This document shows, piece by piece, positions 14,488 to 15,648 of a DNA stretch of 15,648 bases. Origin of the DNA: a bacterium (lineage in GTDB: Bacteria > Hydrothermota > 32-111); assembly GCA_050239825.1 (NCBI GenBank), contig JBFXGO010000049.1, positions 1-15,648 of the forward strand. The letters are read 5' to 3'. A program made the translations under genes and the position numbers. The notes beneath the pieces are model-generated. The model saw nothing but the letters and a program-made list of their open reading frames with translations. It searched no databases and was not told the DNA's origin. Each line of letters opens with the position of its first letter. Within the stretch, counting starts at the first letter, position 1.

Positions 14488-15589
14488 TTGCTCCTCCTCT
14501 TTCTTTTGCTCTCAGTATTAGAAACTCTTTTATAAACTGGTCAATGTTGCCGTCCATCACAGAATCAACATCGCTTGTCTCATGCCTTGTCCTCAAATCT
14601 TTAACCATCTTGTACGGGTACATGACATACGAACGGATCTGGTTGCCGAACTCAATAGCGGATTTCTTTTCAAGCTTTGAGCTTAATTTTTCATCCTCAA
14701 TCTGTTTGAAATGCTCATAAACTTTTGCTTTTAAAACCTTCATTGCATTCTCTTTATTCTGCAACTGCGAACGTTCCGTCTGTGATTTTGCAAAGAGCCC
14801 TGTGGGAATATGAGTGATTCTTATTGCAGTCGAAACTTTATTTACATTCTGTCCGCCCGGACCGCCTGCCCTGAATGCATCGACTCTCAGTTCATTCTCA
14901 TCAAGCTCAAAGTCAACATTCTCCTCTATGTCCGGTAGCACATATACTGCCGCAAACGAGGTGTGGCGCCTTCCGTTGGAATCAAATGGAGAGATTCTTA
15001 CGAGGCGGTGGACTCCTATCTCTGCCTTCAGATATCCGTAGGCGTATTCACCCTGTATGTCTATGGAGACCGATTTTATGCCTGCGACATCGGCAGGTTC
15101 ATTGTCAATGATTGTGTATTTGTAATTCATCTTCTGGAAATACTTCATATACATTCTAAGGAGCATTTCAGCCCAGTCACAGCTCTCAGTGCCTCCGGAA
15201 CCCGGATGTATGGTCATTATAGCGCTTGATGCATCAAGCTCATCTGTAAACAAAAGCTCTGTCTGCAGTTTGCCGATATTTACCGACAATGAATCAATCA
15301 TCTTCTCTATTTCCGTCTGCGAGGATTCATCGGCAATCTCCACAAGGTCATTTATGGAGCTGAAATCATCCTTAATGGATTCAAACAAGTTTATTCTGTC
15401 TTTTATTACCTTCAATTTTTTATTGACGGACTTTGCTTCTTTTTGGTTTGACCAGAAATCGGGTTTCGACATCCTATCCTCAAAAGAGGAGACTTCGCTC
15501 TTCCATTTATCAAGCCTCACATGCGCCGTCAAATCAGCATAATCCTGCTTTAAAATGTCGTATTTTTCTTTTGTTCTTGTTTCTAACAT
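14474..15589 (-). CDS. prfB: Peptide chain release factor 2, encoded in a single frame
   Basis: GGTESCDWAEML, GVHRLVRISPF (SPF anticodon-mimic), RHTSFA and GGQ motifs. Confidence 0.97.
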   Translation of the reverse strand: MLETRTKEKYDILKQDYADLTAHVRLDKWKSEVSSFEDRMSKPDFWSNQKEAKSVNKKLKVIKDRINLFESIKDDFSSINDLVEIADESSQTEIEKMIDSLSVNIGKLQTELLFTDELDASSAIMTIHPGSGGTESCDWAEMLLRMYMKYFQKMNYKYTIIDNEPADVAGIKSVSIDIQGEYAYGYLKAEIGVHRLVRISPFDSNGRRHTSFAAVYVLPDIEENVDFELDENELRVDAFRAGGPGGQNVNKVSTAIRITHIPTGLFAKSQTERSQLQNKENAMKVLKAKVYEHFKQIEDEKLSSKLEKKSAIEFGNQIRSYVMYPYKMVKDLRTRHETSDVDSVMDGNIDQFIKEFLILRAKERGGANGAE

Positions 15590-15597
15590 AGCTAATT

Positions 15598-15626
15598 ATT
15601 ATATAATGATTTCACAATCTTGTCAA
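15598..15626 (-). promoter_or_regulatory. Consensus sigma70 promoter of the prfB-lysS-lolE-lolD operon, probably leaderless
   Basis: TTGACA (15626-15621), 17 nt, TATAAT (15603-15598), then 8 nt to ATG 15589. No SD. Confidence 0.85.
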
Positions 15627-15648
15627 GAAATTACTGATTTGAACTGCT

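Noticed and set aside
11165..15542. Multiple plus-strand ORFs opposite lolD, lolE, lysS and prfB
   Set aside because: Antisense shadow ORFs of conserved housekeeping genes.

Overview
AT-rich, gene-dense chromosomal segment from a diderm bacterium. A T9SS-type C-terminal tail plus the prfB-lysS-lolE-lolD order would fit an FCB-related or candidate lineage such as WOR-3/TA06, but that is inference only. The ORF track misses the largest gene. Hand translation of the minus strand gives one uninterrupted frame from ATG 3401 off the left edge (>1130 aa). It encodes a secreted protein with LVIVD beta-propeller repeats, Ig-like segments, an Asp-box/BNR region and a T9SS type A-like sorting domain. 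In front of it lie a sigma70 promoter, a strong SD and a 28-codon leader ORF carrying a (CT)13 tract. All three possible tract-length frames either fuse to the main ATG or stop at it. The rest of the window holds: a cofE-like ligase/short murJ/acpS operon (+); thiN with an 853-aa secreted DxxGxDxY-repeat/HEAT protein (-); a YtrA-type GntR coupled to a probable CC-adding tRNA nucleotidyltransferase (+); and prfB (no programmed frameshift, apparently leaderless)-lysS-lolE-lolD (-). No RNA genes, CRISPR arrays or mobile elements were seen.
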